A stretch of DNA of 63,492 nt, filler included, from Phoronis australis (taxonomy: Eukaryota > Animalia > Phoronida), in assembly GCA_002633005.1 (NCBI GenBank). It is 8 parts of 8 records of this genome, joined end to end, with 100 filler letters (N's around TTAATTAATTAA, not from the genome) between each part and the next. Parts side by side here need not be neighbours in the genome. Positions count along the whole stretch, not along the records: positions 1 to 12,940 come from NMRA01001610.1; positions 13,041 to 29,783 come from NMRA01000248.1; 6 more parts are not named here. One strand, given 5' to 3'. The notes beneath the pieces were generated by a model. It searched no databases. It worked only from the letters and a program-made list of their open reading frames with translations, and had not been told where the DNA came from. Of the stretch, positions 12,065 through 24,789 are shown piece after piece; positions within the stretch are counted from its first letter, which is position 1; the number at the start of each line of letters is the position of its first letter. The position numbers and the translations under genes are program-made.

Positions 12065-12227
12065 TGGTTTGTTGTCAAGTTGAAACCTTGACTGTTTTGT
12101 GTAAATTTATTGAGATTTGTGTTTGATATGAACGGCTGAAGTGAAGCACCCATGGCATTCCTTGTCCCGAGTTTCAGAACTTGTAATATTATATATTGGG
12201 GACGATCAGAAGCTGAGGACGCCTGTG
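12065..12227. mobile_element. Diverged terminal fragment of the 43-kb palindromic element
   Basis: ...ATTGGGGACGATCAGAAGCTGAGGACGCCTGTG is identical to the terminus at 43682-43714. Confidence 0.8.
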
Positions 12228-12679
12228 GCCTTGCTCCATAGCTGTCATTCGCCTTTGCCATGGTTCGCATGGTTGGTTAAGCGGACTAAAATGAAGTTCG
12301 GTTTAAGACATTCAGCTATCGGCATCGAGTGAAATAACGACAGAGTGACATTGTACTTACCAAAGAAAGTCTGATAATCTTTAAAGGTTTCAGATGCGGT
12401 ACAGTATTACAGAATAAATGCAAAATACATCAACAATAATCAACTGTAACGGTTTGGTAATTTCGCGCAAACGAGGCAACAGGATACTTCCGGCTTAGAG
12501 GGCGCCATCTGTCCAATAATTTTCGATTCATTTCAGCAGCACTGGCTATAGCGTCGTCCGGCCAGCGACAGTACGGACGGAATCAGTCCTCTGTACATCA
12601 TGTCCAAAAATAATCAGCGAAGAAAGTCATCATTCCTCAATAACCCCAATGGTGTTGACGTCATTTTTTCTGATTAGTG

Positions 12680-12940
12680 TCTGAGCTCAGTGAAAACTCA
12701 GTGCGCCGCGGCCTTCCGCCTCAGCGGTGCCGCACCGCCTGCCACTCACTGAGAGCACTCCCGGCCGGGCCCGGCGCAGGCGGAGCGACTACCGATTTTT
12801 TGAAGCTTTGCCTTTGTCTTACATCACCTTAAAATATCAGTATGCCTAGCTAGTTGAAAAACGCGACAAACTTCACATTTTTTTCGTTTGTTTCAGCGTG
12901 CCTTTCAGGCGGCGGACTCGGAGGGGCTCGGGGCCCGGCG
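12680..12940. repeat. GC-rich, hairpin-rich repeat end (probable MITE), cut by gap
   Basis: Local inverted motifs (CTCAGTG/CACTGAG, CCGGGCCCGG) and a sharp GC rise against the background. Confidence 0.35.
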
Positions 12941-13040
12941 NNNNNNNNNNNNNNNNNNNNNNNNNNNNNNNNNNNNNNNNNNNNTTAATTAATTAANNNN
13001 NNNNNNNNNNNNNNNNNNNNNNNNNNNNNNNNNNNNNNNN
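12941..13040. other. Assembly linker N44-TTAATTAATTAA-N44 (also 29784-29883, 48108-48207, 52107-52206, 55567-55666, 59737-59836, 62188-62287)
   Basis: Identical 100-nt structure seven times; the 12-mer gives stops in all six frames. Confidence 0.97.
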
Positions 13041-13226
13041 CATGTAAATATTCACCTGCAGAGCTCCAATCATTGTTATCAGCAGTGCTCTTTCAATGAC
13101 TTTGCAATAATAGACCAGGCAGTAACAACAAAGGAGCTTAAAATTCGTGAGGCTTTACATATCAGTTGGTGCAAGCCCAATCTCAATAGGCAACTGACAC
13201 ACCACAGGTTGTCATTGTTGGTATAG
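13041..13226 (+). mobile_element. Penelope-like element, GIY-YIG endonuclease C-terminus
   Basis: Uninterrupted frame from the gap: HVNIHLQSSNHCYQQCSFNDFAIIDQAVTTKELKIREALHISWCKPNLNRQLTHHRLSLLV*. The LKIxEALHI...KPxLN signature is typical of Penelope ORF ends. Confidence 0.85.
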
Positions 13227-13306
13227 TTCATAGTCACTCCCTGTAACTGACTGTATCTGTGCTTCATTACTTGTTGCTGGGCCTAGCTAGGTGGCCACTG
13301 TATTAT

Positions 13307-13353
13307 GACTTCTGAGGATGGTGTTTAATATATGACACCGAAACATGTCAAGT
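13307..13353 (+). ncRNA. Minimal type I hammerhead ribozyme (Penelope-associated)
   Basis: Stem I ACTT/AAGT; core CTGAGGA at 13312-13318; stem II GGTGT/ACACC; GAAA at 13340-13343; short palindromic stem III ACATGT; GTC cleavage triplet. About 80 nt after the GIY-YIG stop. Confidence 0.8.
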
Positions 13354-14018
13354 TTTAAATCCGTTGTTGTTATGGTACCTGCCGTGTTATCATTTTTGTC
13401 TCTTGTTGAAAACTTTTCAAAGAACTTGGGCGTGTTCCATGATGACGTGTAAGCTCTAAAATTGCGTTAAGTTGAACTCTGGAGGCAGACATTTTTCAAG
13501 AACTGACAACTAGTCGGCTATTTCTGCAGTCACCGGGTCATTAGAAAAGTTGGTAATGGACATGCAAAACACGCAATAATTTTATGTGGAATGGGGCCCT
13601 ATATCCTTAGAACACAGTGATTTAAACGAGTGATTTGAACTGGGTTTCATTGACAGTGGGTTGTATGGAGCAAAAACGGCCAACAACGAAGTCAGTGATA
13701 TGCGGCTTTTACGTGATGTAGCAAAAGGGTTTATATACCAAATTCCTGCCTACCACCACGAGTGTTGTCGACAGTGAGCTGCAGCTCCCCCCCCAAAAAA
13801 TGGTGCCTCATGAGAAACGTGGCTTCATGTCCATTAATTGTAGAATATTCAATCTCTATATTTTATTATATGTGGTTCGAACTAATAAACATTGACAAAA
13901 TACCAATATTAATTGATATTTTATCTTAAACGATAATGAAAGAGGAAGTTCATGTTTTTGTTGTCTGACAGCTTTTTTTCAGACTGTTGCCCCTTTAAAC
14001 TAGAGAGCCCATTTGAGC

Positions 14019-14180
14019 AAAATGTAACTATAGTACATTCTCAATGTGCATTCGACAGGTAAATTGTAACGCTTACTTAAAATGTAACAACTTATTACAT
14101 TTTAGACCTATCAACCTAAAATGAAACGATGTTGTCAATTGTAACAGTTGTTACATTTTATGATATTGTTACATTTGACT
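14019..14180. repeat. Cluster of palindromic AATGTAAC...GTTACATT motifs (MITE-like remnant)
   Basis: Repeated AAATGTAAC/TTGTAAC with inverted GTTACATTT. Confidence 0.4.
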
Positions 14181-15589
14181 GGTATCAAATGAATACTCTT
14201 TGTTGCTCTTGTTGAATTTCTACTAGTGCACCAAAATATCCACCACATTTGGAGAGCATTAACTTCGTTTTTCATGAATTGCTAGTAAAAAATGAAAATA
14301 CTTGCATAATTTTATTTGACAAAATGTTTCTAATTAGTGTTCTCATTGATGAATTTCTGTGTTCTAAATTGGTGCAACTAAAGTACGTAAATAGTGACTT
14401 TAATTTATATAGATCAATTAACATTTTTACACTGGAGTTCAAGTCATTTGAATTCTCTAATGAGGACGAAGAGACTCCCTCTAATGACTGATTTACCCTC
14501 TTACCACACAATAAAGAGCACAAGGGAAGCTCACACATATAGTAAAATCTCCAATTTCGCCAAAGCTTTTTTCCATTTTTCCAAGACTTAAACATTGTAA
14601 AATGTTGTGAATGTTCATAGTTGTTTAAGACACGAGAGTCCTATAGTAGCTTTAGAATAGAACTTAAGGCTTATGAAGACTTTATTTTGAACTGCTTTTG
14701 TTCAAAAACGAAACGCCAAATTTCACTTGTCCACCATATTGCGTACGAAATTGGGAGAGTTCATCATACTTTAATGAATTCCAAGGCTGAGTCATCTCTC
14801 CTGGGTTTTACCTGTTCATCTACAATATCAGCTAGTATACAACATGTATTCAATCATATTGCGTTACTTTTCAACTCAAATTCTTTTTAAAGTTCATCGT
14901 GCACTGAAGGTCATTAATTGTCTGAATTTTTGATGAGATTCTGTGAACTTACACAACTCGTGAACACAGTCTCATGAACATTTACATTCGTTCTCATTAT
15001 TTCAGCAAAGAAAGAGAAACTTCCTTATGTCGACTTCTTGCAGCACATAGCATTTTGCATATTGAATTCATTCTGCAACCAAGATGTCTTCGATGTTGTT
15101 TGTATGGACATACAACACAGGTGTGTCTTCTTTGGATGGAGGTTGGTTCTATGCATTGCAGAATCTACATTCAACAGGACAAAGAAGCCATTTAGAGGTA
15201 ATGTTTTAATAAGAATGAGGTGAATCAAAGTCATATTGAGCCCCACGTTGAATGGTTAAAAGTGACCAAATTCAACTTGATAAAAGAAGAACGAAGCTAT
15301 TTGCTGAAAATAACACCTATATACCACATTTTCAGCCTGAAATGGCCAATACCACCATTAAATAACCCATTTAGTTATTCAGCGCATGTTGAATAACATT
15401 TTGTAAGGAAGCCGTGACCGTTTTCTAACCCGCTCCGCAAGAGTTTCGAGTCGTCAACAATACACCACTCAGCCTCTGACGTCATAGAACGTGAAAAGAA
15501 AGTACTTAAATGAGCACATGCCACAAACGGCATTTTACTAACATGAAAAATAAGATGCACATTTGCAATAAAAGGAACATCTTTTATTC

Positions 15590-15840
15590 TGGGGCCCGTT
15601 CCAACAAAATTGAGTTAGCTAAGACAAATCTTAAATTTTAGTAAATTTTTAAATAAAAGTTAACTTTGTCTCAAAACCAATTAAAGAAAGAGATCTTAAG
15701 TTTGACTTAAATGTTTGACATCAGTTTTGACTTAATTTTGACTAACTTAACGAATGTAAAAGTTTCAAAGTTTAGAAGTTAAGACAAGTCTTAAACTTAA
15801 GTTAAAAATGAACTTAAGTCAGTTTTTAGGAACAGGCCCA
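15590..15840. mobile_element. PIF/Harbinger-like MITE
   Basis: Imperfect TIRs: GGGCCCGTTCCAACAAAATTGAGTTAG versus reverse complement GGGCCTGTTCCTAAAAACTGACTTAAG. Internal CTTAAG/GACTTAA repeats. Confidence 0.6.
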
Positions 15841-18284
15841 AGATCCTTTGACTAGACATCATACTCAGTAACCAGGGGTAACTTACTTTAGCAGACAATA
15901 GTTTCACGGTGAGCTTAAAACTTTTTTAAAGATTCACTTTATTTCTATTTTGTTTCAATTTTTACTTGGTTTTAAATAAAACATCATTTTAACAAAAAAA
16001 TCACGTTTTCGTGAAAGGTCACAACCTCCGACCCCAGACCTCTGACATAAAAAGTAGTCGCAAAAGCCGAGTAGAGTTGAGAAAAGTATATCGATTCATT
16101 ACAATGTTTATCGTTCAGTATGTGGTATAAATAGATTATTACATGTAGTTAGTCGTTATCCCGCTTATCTAGAGCCCTCATGGATTTTGAAGAATTCTCC
16201 AAATTCCATTATTGTTCGTTTTAAATCACTTTTGGCCGGTACCTCGAATACCTTGTCTAGCTCATTTTTTGGCCTCTTTGAAAACACCCTGGGGTCACAC
16301 CCAGAGTGCAGGTAACGGCAGACGTTCATTTCTGTACATACTGAGGTAAACTCTACATGCTCCTGTGGTCAAATGTTGGTACTTCGTTCATCTGTGCTAA
16401 GTGCTCTGGGCTGCCGTCCTATATGCCAAGACAGTACACATGCTACCAAATTTCAAGATCCATTTATTTTTTTAATGTTCAAAATATTTTGTGAATTCAA
16501 TTTTGGGCCATTTTTTAAGTTAGAGCATCATGAATATTTTGGCCCAAGATGGTCAATTTTTTTGGTTCACAAAGGTTCAGTTGGTGAAGTAGTTTTGAAA
16601 CAGTTTAATAGGATGGGAAAGAAGACAGTCTTGGCTGTCTGACTTAGAAAAAACAATAAAAATAGACTTTTTGTTTGATTCCAAGTAACAGCTTATAAAA
16701 GTGGATACCATCCCATATCTAAAGTTGATTGTTATTGGTTAGTGATGTAGAGCATCATGACTCGTACCTGGTGATGATTTAAGCTATTAAAGCAAAACCT
16801 TGATCATGAAAAATGTTATCTTTTGCATCGTTAGCTTCTTTTTTACCACAATATCAAGTAACTTAGAATGTACTTTAGAAAATTTTAGCCATCGGGGTTA
16901 TGAAATTGGACTTACATGATTGTTACCATGATGACTGATAACCATAATGCATTCCTCTTTAAACTTCAATTTGACCAGCAGTATAATAACAATTATGGAA
17001 ACTGTGAGGCAGGGTTCGAGTAAGGTTTAATTCTCATAATCCAAGTGTACCTTCTTTCTGTCAATCAATATCTTTCACTGTTTGTTGCTTTCACTTTTTG
17101 TTGCTTAGATATAACCAGAGGTTGAAAGAAACTTGCTACAAAACATGAATCCAAAGCACAATTTATACATGAAATTTAGAAAATTTTGTATAGGATTGAA
17201 CATGCCTTTCAGTTAGCTAAAGTCATGTTGTCCTACGTGAATTGTGGGCACTTTAACCCCTCAATGAATTACATTTGCTGCACTTTTAAAGTCGTAGCGT
17301 ATGCTGCTGTCATCAAAGATGACTGATCCGATCAAAAAATTAGTCAAATTTGGCACAGAAAATAGAGAACTTTTGAATGCGCCATGCAATTTTGATAATT
17401 ATGGCTCTTTAATCTTCGTGTGAGGGACTACTCAAAAACTGACAGTTCTGAAAAAAAATGAATGGAACCCAAAACAACAGTATGATGACCTTTTGAAATT
17501 GTCTTTGTTTTTGAAAATTTTCTTTAGTTTTACTTGGAAATGTGAATCGGCAAGGGTGTTGTGGCTGTGTACATACTAAAGTAATTGTAACTGCCAAACT
17601 GTATTTGTTTCAATGTTGATGGTTGGATTCTGATTTATTATAAAAATCGTATTAAACACAACCATCGTAGTTTGTTATAGAAAATGTATAATCTTTGACA
17701 TTGTTACCTTTTTAGATGATTAAAGAGCTGTTCAATCTCCCGAATGGAAAAAGGGGCTGGTATCTGGGAAATCTTGGAACGGCATTCGTTGCCTGGAGCT
17801 GTACATGTATGTTGGAAAACAACAGGTGACCAGTTTTCCAATGAAGGCAAGGTTCATCTCTCACTATGTCTTTCTAAGTTGGCACTCTTTAACCAGTATA
17901 CCTTGAATGAGGAACTGCACGAGTTGCCAGCAGTTTACAAGCTGAAATGTTTTAATACTTGGTTTGAGTTGATTACAAGTTAACGTGTTTTGACAGCAAA
18001 AAATTGAAAGAATGATTCATGTCATGCTATTAAAACCCTTACACGAAACTTGTGTGCATTGGCGAAAACTGACAATATAAAAAGTCTGGAAAACAGCTGT
18101 GCTTTATACAACACCAGTGACAAAATGCAAATCATTAATTGTCTTAAAGGAGTATGCCACCTGAAAAGAATGTTCTGCATCAGTTTAGCTAGACGAATTC
18201 CATTCGATATCACCCTGTTCATTTCTTTTACCTTATTACTTAAATTTGTCTTTCATTTTGTAATTCTGTTTTTGTCTTACTATC

Positions 18285-20529
18285 CAGTGTTCTCCACATC
18301 TGAAAATCTAAACAGGTCGCACGCGTAAAAACTGCAATGTGCCGGAACCACGCGGCGGTCAACGTTCTCCATAAGCTAGTGTGCAGTTTTTTGTGCACCT
18401 TATTAGTCCTTACTATTACCCACTCATTTTAATAGTAATGCACAGTAGTGCAAACAAATAACTGTGTGTATTCAACTTTTTATTTTTAAAAGTTGGACTT
18501 ATTTACAAACATATCACATATGTCATAACCCATTTGCTTAGCCAATGACTTTGAAATGGAAGTCTAAAGAGTGTTTGATACAGTATGGGGAAATGTTTTA
18601 GGCTACTCAATAACGATGTCAATGTCAACTAAGTACAAAAAGTCTAACACAGAAGTTAACTTTTCCTATGACGTAGACAGTCCAAGTGAAGTGTCTTTGT
18701 TAAGTCAGTCACATTTTTATGTCTTGATAGCAGAGTTTATGTTTTCTCTCAGTCTGTACGTGTAATATCTTGCACATTCTTACAGTCTGAATTCGATGTT
18801 CTGAAGCTGGTACAACATATTGCACTTCTGCACTACCAGAACTATTGTAAAAACTGCACAATACGCGAGTCCCCCTTGAATGCAAATTAGGTAGGGTAAA
18901 CAAAACAATTCACTTGCGTTTTCCATCTAGGCCTACTTGGACGGGAGTGTCAGGCCTGTTGATGACAACCAATATTTCTAAAAAGATATCAACTGAATTA
19001 TCAAACGCTTGCAACTATGGAATTCCCATAATTTTCTGGATTGTCACAAACTCATTCTTCCAGATGAAAACCATCTATTCTCATGTTAGAGCGAATTGTA
19101 TTCATTTGTATTGCCGATGTCTGGCGTTGTCTGCAAAAATTCGGTTCACCGTTTGTGACACGGATATCTTCGATTCGTTGACCGAGCCCGGCAATATCAC
19201 CACCATCTGGCCCTGGATTATCTGTCGTATCTGCATCTGAGTCAACGTCAGTATCTGAAACATCTCTCGGTTTTTAAAATAATCCTTAGGTTTAGCGGTG
19301 CTTCGCTTTTGCGCGGCAGACGACATTTCTAAGTATGTACAATGCGCATGTCAATTGGTAACGGAAGCTAGGATAGAATTCACTAACGTAAGGACCACGC
19401 TAGGTAAACAAAACTGCGAGATTACGCGAGATATTACCGCTTGATTTCAATGAGAGCATGTGATTTTGGCTGCAATTTCTCAGCGCGAAACACATATTAT
19501 ACTTTGAACTTTACTCAGTGACGTCACCCGCTGTCCCAAATCTCGGAATACTCCCCCGAAACCGCAAACGTCACAGCCACTGTCGAAGTTGAGTTTGCGA
19601 ACGGTTCGGCAGATTTTTAGAGGGAGTATGCGCCACAAACATAATGTTCATGCTGCCAACGAAACTCCTTATAAGGCAACGAGATGAACTCGGTCAATCT
19701 CAATGGGCCGGTGGCACAAAAAGTAACCAATAATATTCATCTAAGTGAGAAATACACAAACAACAACCAATGAGAACCATCAAAGGCAGTTTCATGCAAA
19801 TTTTTTTGAGACTGGTATCGGTAAAGTGTCGTGGGGCCCATGGAATATTGAAAAATGTGCAACGAAAACCAAAATTCTGGCCTCCCAGAAGACGGCCGTT
19901 GCATAAACGGCTGCGCAACGGTGTCTTTGCTGACAACATACACTTCTTAGAACTAACCACCGAGCCTTAATTATTTTATTTTTAATGGGTAATATGATTA
20001 GTTCTCCGCCGAACACAAAAAGGTGACTGCAAAAGCGAAAAGGCCTAACGCAGCGATCAGCGACTTTCGTGCCGGACTGCACCTCCAGTGAGCAGGTAGT
20101 GGATTAGGCGTATAGGTTGCACTGGGCCTTTGTTTAAATTGAGTAGTTGTTCGGGATGAATTAAAAAGATAATCGAGAGATTATTTACATGCCACATTAC
20201 ATCATAAATAGACTTACGGCCCAGTCTGCCGCTTGAGTGAGTCCGGTGATTAGGCTATCCACAACGGACCACCGACTTCCTTAGGCTTAGCCTTTATTCA
20301 GTTTCAATGGGCTATGGCCAGTTGCTGTCAAGCGTAATTTGAACCAGTGAAGAACTTATTAACGACGACGACGTCTTTTTTACAAAGTAGAACCTATATT
20401 TTTAAACTGGTCGCGGGATTTTTAAACAGGACGCTGAATTTTTAAACAGGACGCGGGACATTTAACCAGGACGCGTGCTCGGCCAAACAGGACGCTGCGA
20501 CACGTTAAAAGTGGTCGTGGAGAACACTG
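18285..20529. mobile_element. Non-autonomous hAT-like element with 5-bp TSD
   Basis: Perfect 13-bp TIR CAGTGTTCTCCAC (18285-18297 and 20517-20529). Flanking direct repeat CTATC (18280-18284, 20530-20534). Subterminal AAACAGGACGC repeats at 20400-20495. Confidence 0.8.
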
Positions 20530-23500
20530 CTATCTGATTTTTACTGAGGGTTCCCATGGAAAGCAGTGTGAACTGATGGGGCTACCCTCGTTGTAAATAT
20601 TACATAAATAAATAAATAAATATGTGCTTATCGACAGACAAAGGTGCTAAAATGCCTGTGATGTCAATTGATCATGCCTGTGTGTTGAATAGCTTACTCT
20701 AGCGCATATCAAGAAAATTTACCACTTCACTGTAGTCGTTTTGCATCAGTAATAAACATCAAACAATGATGCGAAACCCTCAATTTTTGATCTAAAATTT
20801 GAAAGTAACTCTGAAGCACTGTCTAGAATTTTCGTGTTTGATAAATTTCAGGCCATAATTTGAATGTTTTTGTTCATCAGCTGCAGCTAAGCCACGTATG
20901 CTATCATCTGATCAATTATTGCCAATTTCATACACTTGGGTAATTCTCTGGTACAGGGAAAACCAATATTGACTGGGATGTGGGATGCATGTCTATGTCT
21001 GGATATAACTAGTCAAAAGATTAACTGTTATTCACTTTTTGTTTGTGTGAATTTGAATGTTTATGTTGTTTTTTTCAAGAGCATTTATTGATTGAAAACT
21101 TATACTGGATATATAAAAATTATGTTAACACGTGGTCACATTTGATGATAACATCTTGATACATTTGATATTTGAATATCCAAGCACTTAGTTTAAAGGA
21201 CTGTTACATCATTTTGTTTTTGTTACACAATATTTTGTTGAAATCTGCCCTGAGAGCTCATGCGTCATCTTTTCATTTTAGGAAAACAGATTTTGCCAAG
21301 TGTGATGAGTACTCAGTGTTGGAAAACTCAAATGCAAGCAAAATTTCGTTGGAAAAAACAGGTTTATCTGAAGAAGCGAAGGTACATCATTTTTTCAACA
21401 ATGGTTTATTGGTATCTCAGGAATGGGTAAATTTAGTTAATTTCCGTGCTCGTAACGTGAAAATGGGGCTTGTCATTAAGTCAGATCCAAGGCAAAATGG
21501 ATACAGGGGAGTGAACGCCCAACCAACAAACTTATGTATGAAATAGAATTAGAAAGTAGAGAAATAATTGCAGATCAAGAAAAGATACTAGGTGTGGCTG
21601 CGGATTTTTAAGAAAAAAATTTATTCTGATAACAGTTTTCCCGGAAAAGTGAAAGAGAGAACCTTTTCGTTTTAAATAAGCCTCCCAATAATTTTGCTAT
21701 AGAGTTTGAGGGACACATAAAGTATGAAGATCTCTGGTCTGAATAGAAAAGTTCAAAAAATAAAAAAGATAGTTTAACAAATGAATTTTTCAAGTTTTTT
21801 GGAAAGATTTGGACTATTTTATTTAAAGACAAAAAATAAAAGCTATGAAAAAATGACATTTCTAACATGCAAAAACGTGGGTTGTAAATTTAATTCTAAA
21901 GTCAGATAAAACCAAAAATATCATGAATACGGACACCAGTAAATTTGGCATTGGGATGAATTGCTTCACGAATGAAAAAGGTACTTGGATATACAATTTC
22001 CTGGATCAGACACCATTTATCAATCATGCTATGAACATTCCCACTAAATAAAATTGGTTCTAACCCCGGTGTTTAAGGTAAACGGCGGGGTATGGAAAAT
22101 TGAAGTAGACCGTATTTATCCACCTTGGCTGAGACGCGCTCGGCTCATGGTCAAAGGGATGCCGCCAAGCTGCTCTATTCATCGAGTCACGAGCGAGGAT
22201 AATTGACTTCGCTCATGCGGATATGATCAGCTGATTACAGTCTAGCCTAACAAATGTACTTTTTATGGAGAGAATTTTACGTAGTTTTTACTGTAATATT
22301 TGAAAAGAGGAGCGAAAACAAATACGAATACAACTTTGAATTTTTCAAATCGGCCCAGGATAAGAGATTTTGCAACACAGAAACACTCACGATTACTTTC
22401 ATTCGGCGCGCACGAATACAAAAATATAGGACCCAAGTTAGGATTGTATAAATGTAGAACTACTCCGTGTGTTATTTAGGTTTTGGAAAAAATGCATTTT
22501 AATACTCAAAATACGTTTTGTATAGCTATTACAAGCTCTAAAACGACTTTGTGTAATTTCATTGAGATCGTTCTTTGTCATCCGTCAAACCGGAAACTTC
22601 CGAGATGTGACTCTGCGAGCGCACTCACCTTGCACGTTACAGCCGTTTAAGTGAAAAACAATCTAGTAAACGCCATTTTCTTGCATAATCCTCCGCCTTT
22701 TGTAACAAAAAAGTCTATCGTCGATGACCCGCACACGCACGCTCACTCACTCTCATACGCAGACGACCTTCAAAACAAACGTCACGTGACAACAACATGT
22801 GTGTTCATCCAGAGATTTTTCTCGTGTTGTGGAGTACGATGTAGCGCACATTTGGACTTAATCGCAATTAATCTGGACTCCACAGGAACTTTAAAAATTG
22901 TAAAACATCAGGAAGATTTCAGGTAATTTGTTGAGTCGAAACTATATTTTTATTCAAGAGTACAAGTTTTCCTATTGACGATCGCGATTCAGCGACGCAT
23001 CAGTCGGCAAGTTTTCGCCCTGTGATGAGCACAATTTTTTGAAAAATTATCGTAATTTAACAACGGAAGTTGATAGCAATGCACCACAATTTTGTAGAAA
23101 GGCTGTCATAGGCTACAAATACGTCACAGAGCGTAAATTTGATGAATCCTAGCTTCCGATTTTACCCGTTTGGGAAACCGGGTTTCAACTGCCGTAGGCT
23201 CACTACAATAAGCGTCCCCTCCCCGTGAAATGAATTTTTCTAAGCGTTTGTTTGAGCCAATACAGTATACAGCTTTCCACCAAGGCTAGGTGATGCAAGA
23301 CATTATTACTTGTTCTTTGTTGCATTATAGTAACTGGTCTTGGCTAATTATCATTTTATGGCCTGGTCATCCATTCAGCCCAAAGTAGTTCCAGAGGTGG
23401 CTTATCAGCCAATTATTCACGCATGCTGACTCACAATAGAAGCCTGATAAGAGTGAAGGTGGATAAATGCGGTGTTCCTACAGTTTCTTGTTTTAGTGGA

Positions 23501-23696
23501 TGTGTTCACGACATGAATAGAGATGCATTTGCAAAAACATAAGGTTGACCTATGACGTGAACTTCTGTGAAAATAGTCCAGTCATTCTACGAAAACCCCC
23601 AAAAAATTGCAACAGAAGGTTTTATTGCATAAGTCCTATCCTCTCACACCCTTAGTGCGAGAGAAAAGTGTACTAGAATTGGAGTGGTGGAAGTTG

Positions 23697-24320
23697 GTTT
23701 TTCAAGATGGCGGACAAAATGGCCACCAGATTTCCAGATGACCATTATTATTGAGAGTGGAAGGTGATAGAGTAAAAATTCAAAAAGGTTTACCTATTTT
23801 CTGTGTGTCAACAAATCTATAGGAAATAGTTTTGCAATGGTGTAGTGGCACTGTCCGCCATTTTCCTCTTTGAGTCACAACTTCGCACGAACAGACTAGT
23901 GTGCCGTCTTGTTTCAAACATTTCATTATAGGTTTTCTGGGTCGATTTATCCATTGAGACTCATTGTGTTTTGCTCTAATGATTACTTCCACTATTTTCA
24001 AGATGGCGGACAAAATGGCTGTCGGATTTGCAGATGACCATTACAACTCAAGAGTGGAATGTGATAGAGTAAAAATACAAGGTTTACCTATGTTTTGTAG
24101 GTCAACAAATCCATTGGAAATAGTTTTGCATGGCTGTGATGACACCGTCTGCCACTTTCTAAGATGGCATCCAAAACTACTTCCAAATCGCACAACTTCA
24201 CAGACTAGTGTGTCGTCATGCTTCAAACATTGCATCATAGGTTTTCTGGGACGACTAATCCTTTGAAACTCATTGCGTTTGTCTCTAATGATTACATCCA
24301 CCATTCTCTAAGATGACCAC
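23697..24320. repeat. ~296-bp subterminal tandem repeat (2+ copies)
   Basis: TCAAGATGGCGGACAAAATGGC at 23702 and 23998, with colinear downstream sequence. Confidence 0.85.
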
Positions 24321-24789
24321 CAAATAGTTGCTTCGTGTAAGAACTTCAGATTCCAGAGACATGCCATCTTCACAGATTTCATATCCTGATTTTTTTTTTA
24401 ATAACTTTTGTCTGGCTCTGACTACCGTTTTCAAGATTGTTAAATGAATGATAACTCATTAGTGTGAAAAGCATCAGGTTTGCCTGGACTGAAGGTTCAT
24501 TCTTCTGAAAAAATGCGCTGTATCGAAAATAATTCTTTGCGATTAATTTAGTGACATACTATCTATGCCATACCGTCTGTGTCACCTCCACTTACGTGTA
24601 AATGTTAGTAAATACAGCAACAATTGTGACAGGAGAAAGGTTTAGCAAGGCATGTTTAGCAAGTTAAACAGTTTATAAGTGCTTGTAGAGCTCCCTCTAG
24701 GTTTCTCTTTAGTGATATTTACAAGTCTGTCCGAAGCAGTCATTCTTAGTCTGTGATCAAAATCTATACACAATCAACCAGTATCTACA

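Noticed and set aside
12985-12996. TTAATTAATTAA as a recurring biological motif
   Set aside because: Always centred in N44 flanks; it is an assembly linker with six-frame stops.
21172-23230. 124-aa ORF and possible Kolobok-like TTAA(A)GG starts
   Set aside because: No matching opposite terminus or recognisable domain found by eye.
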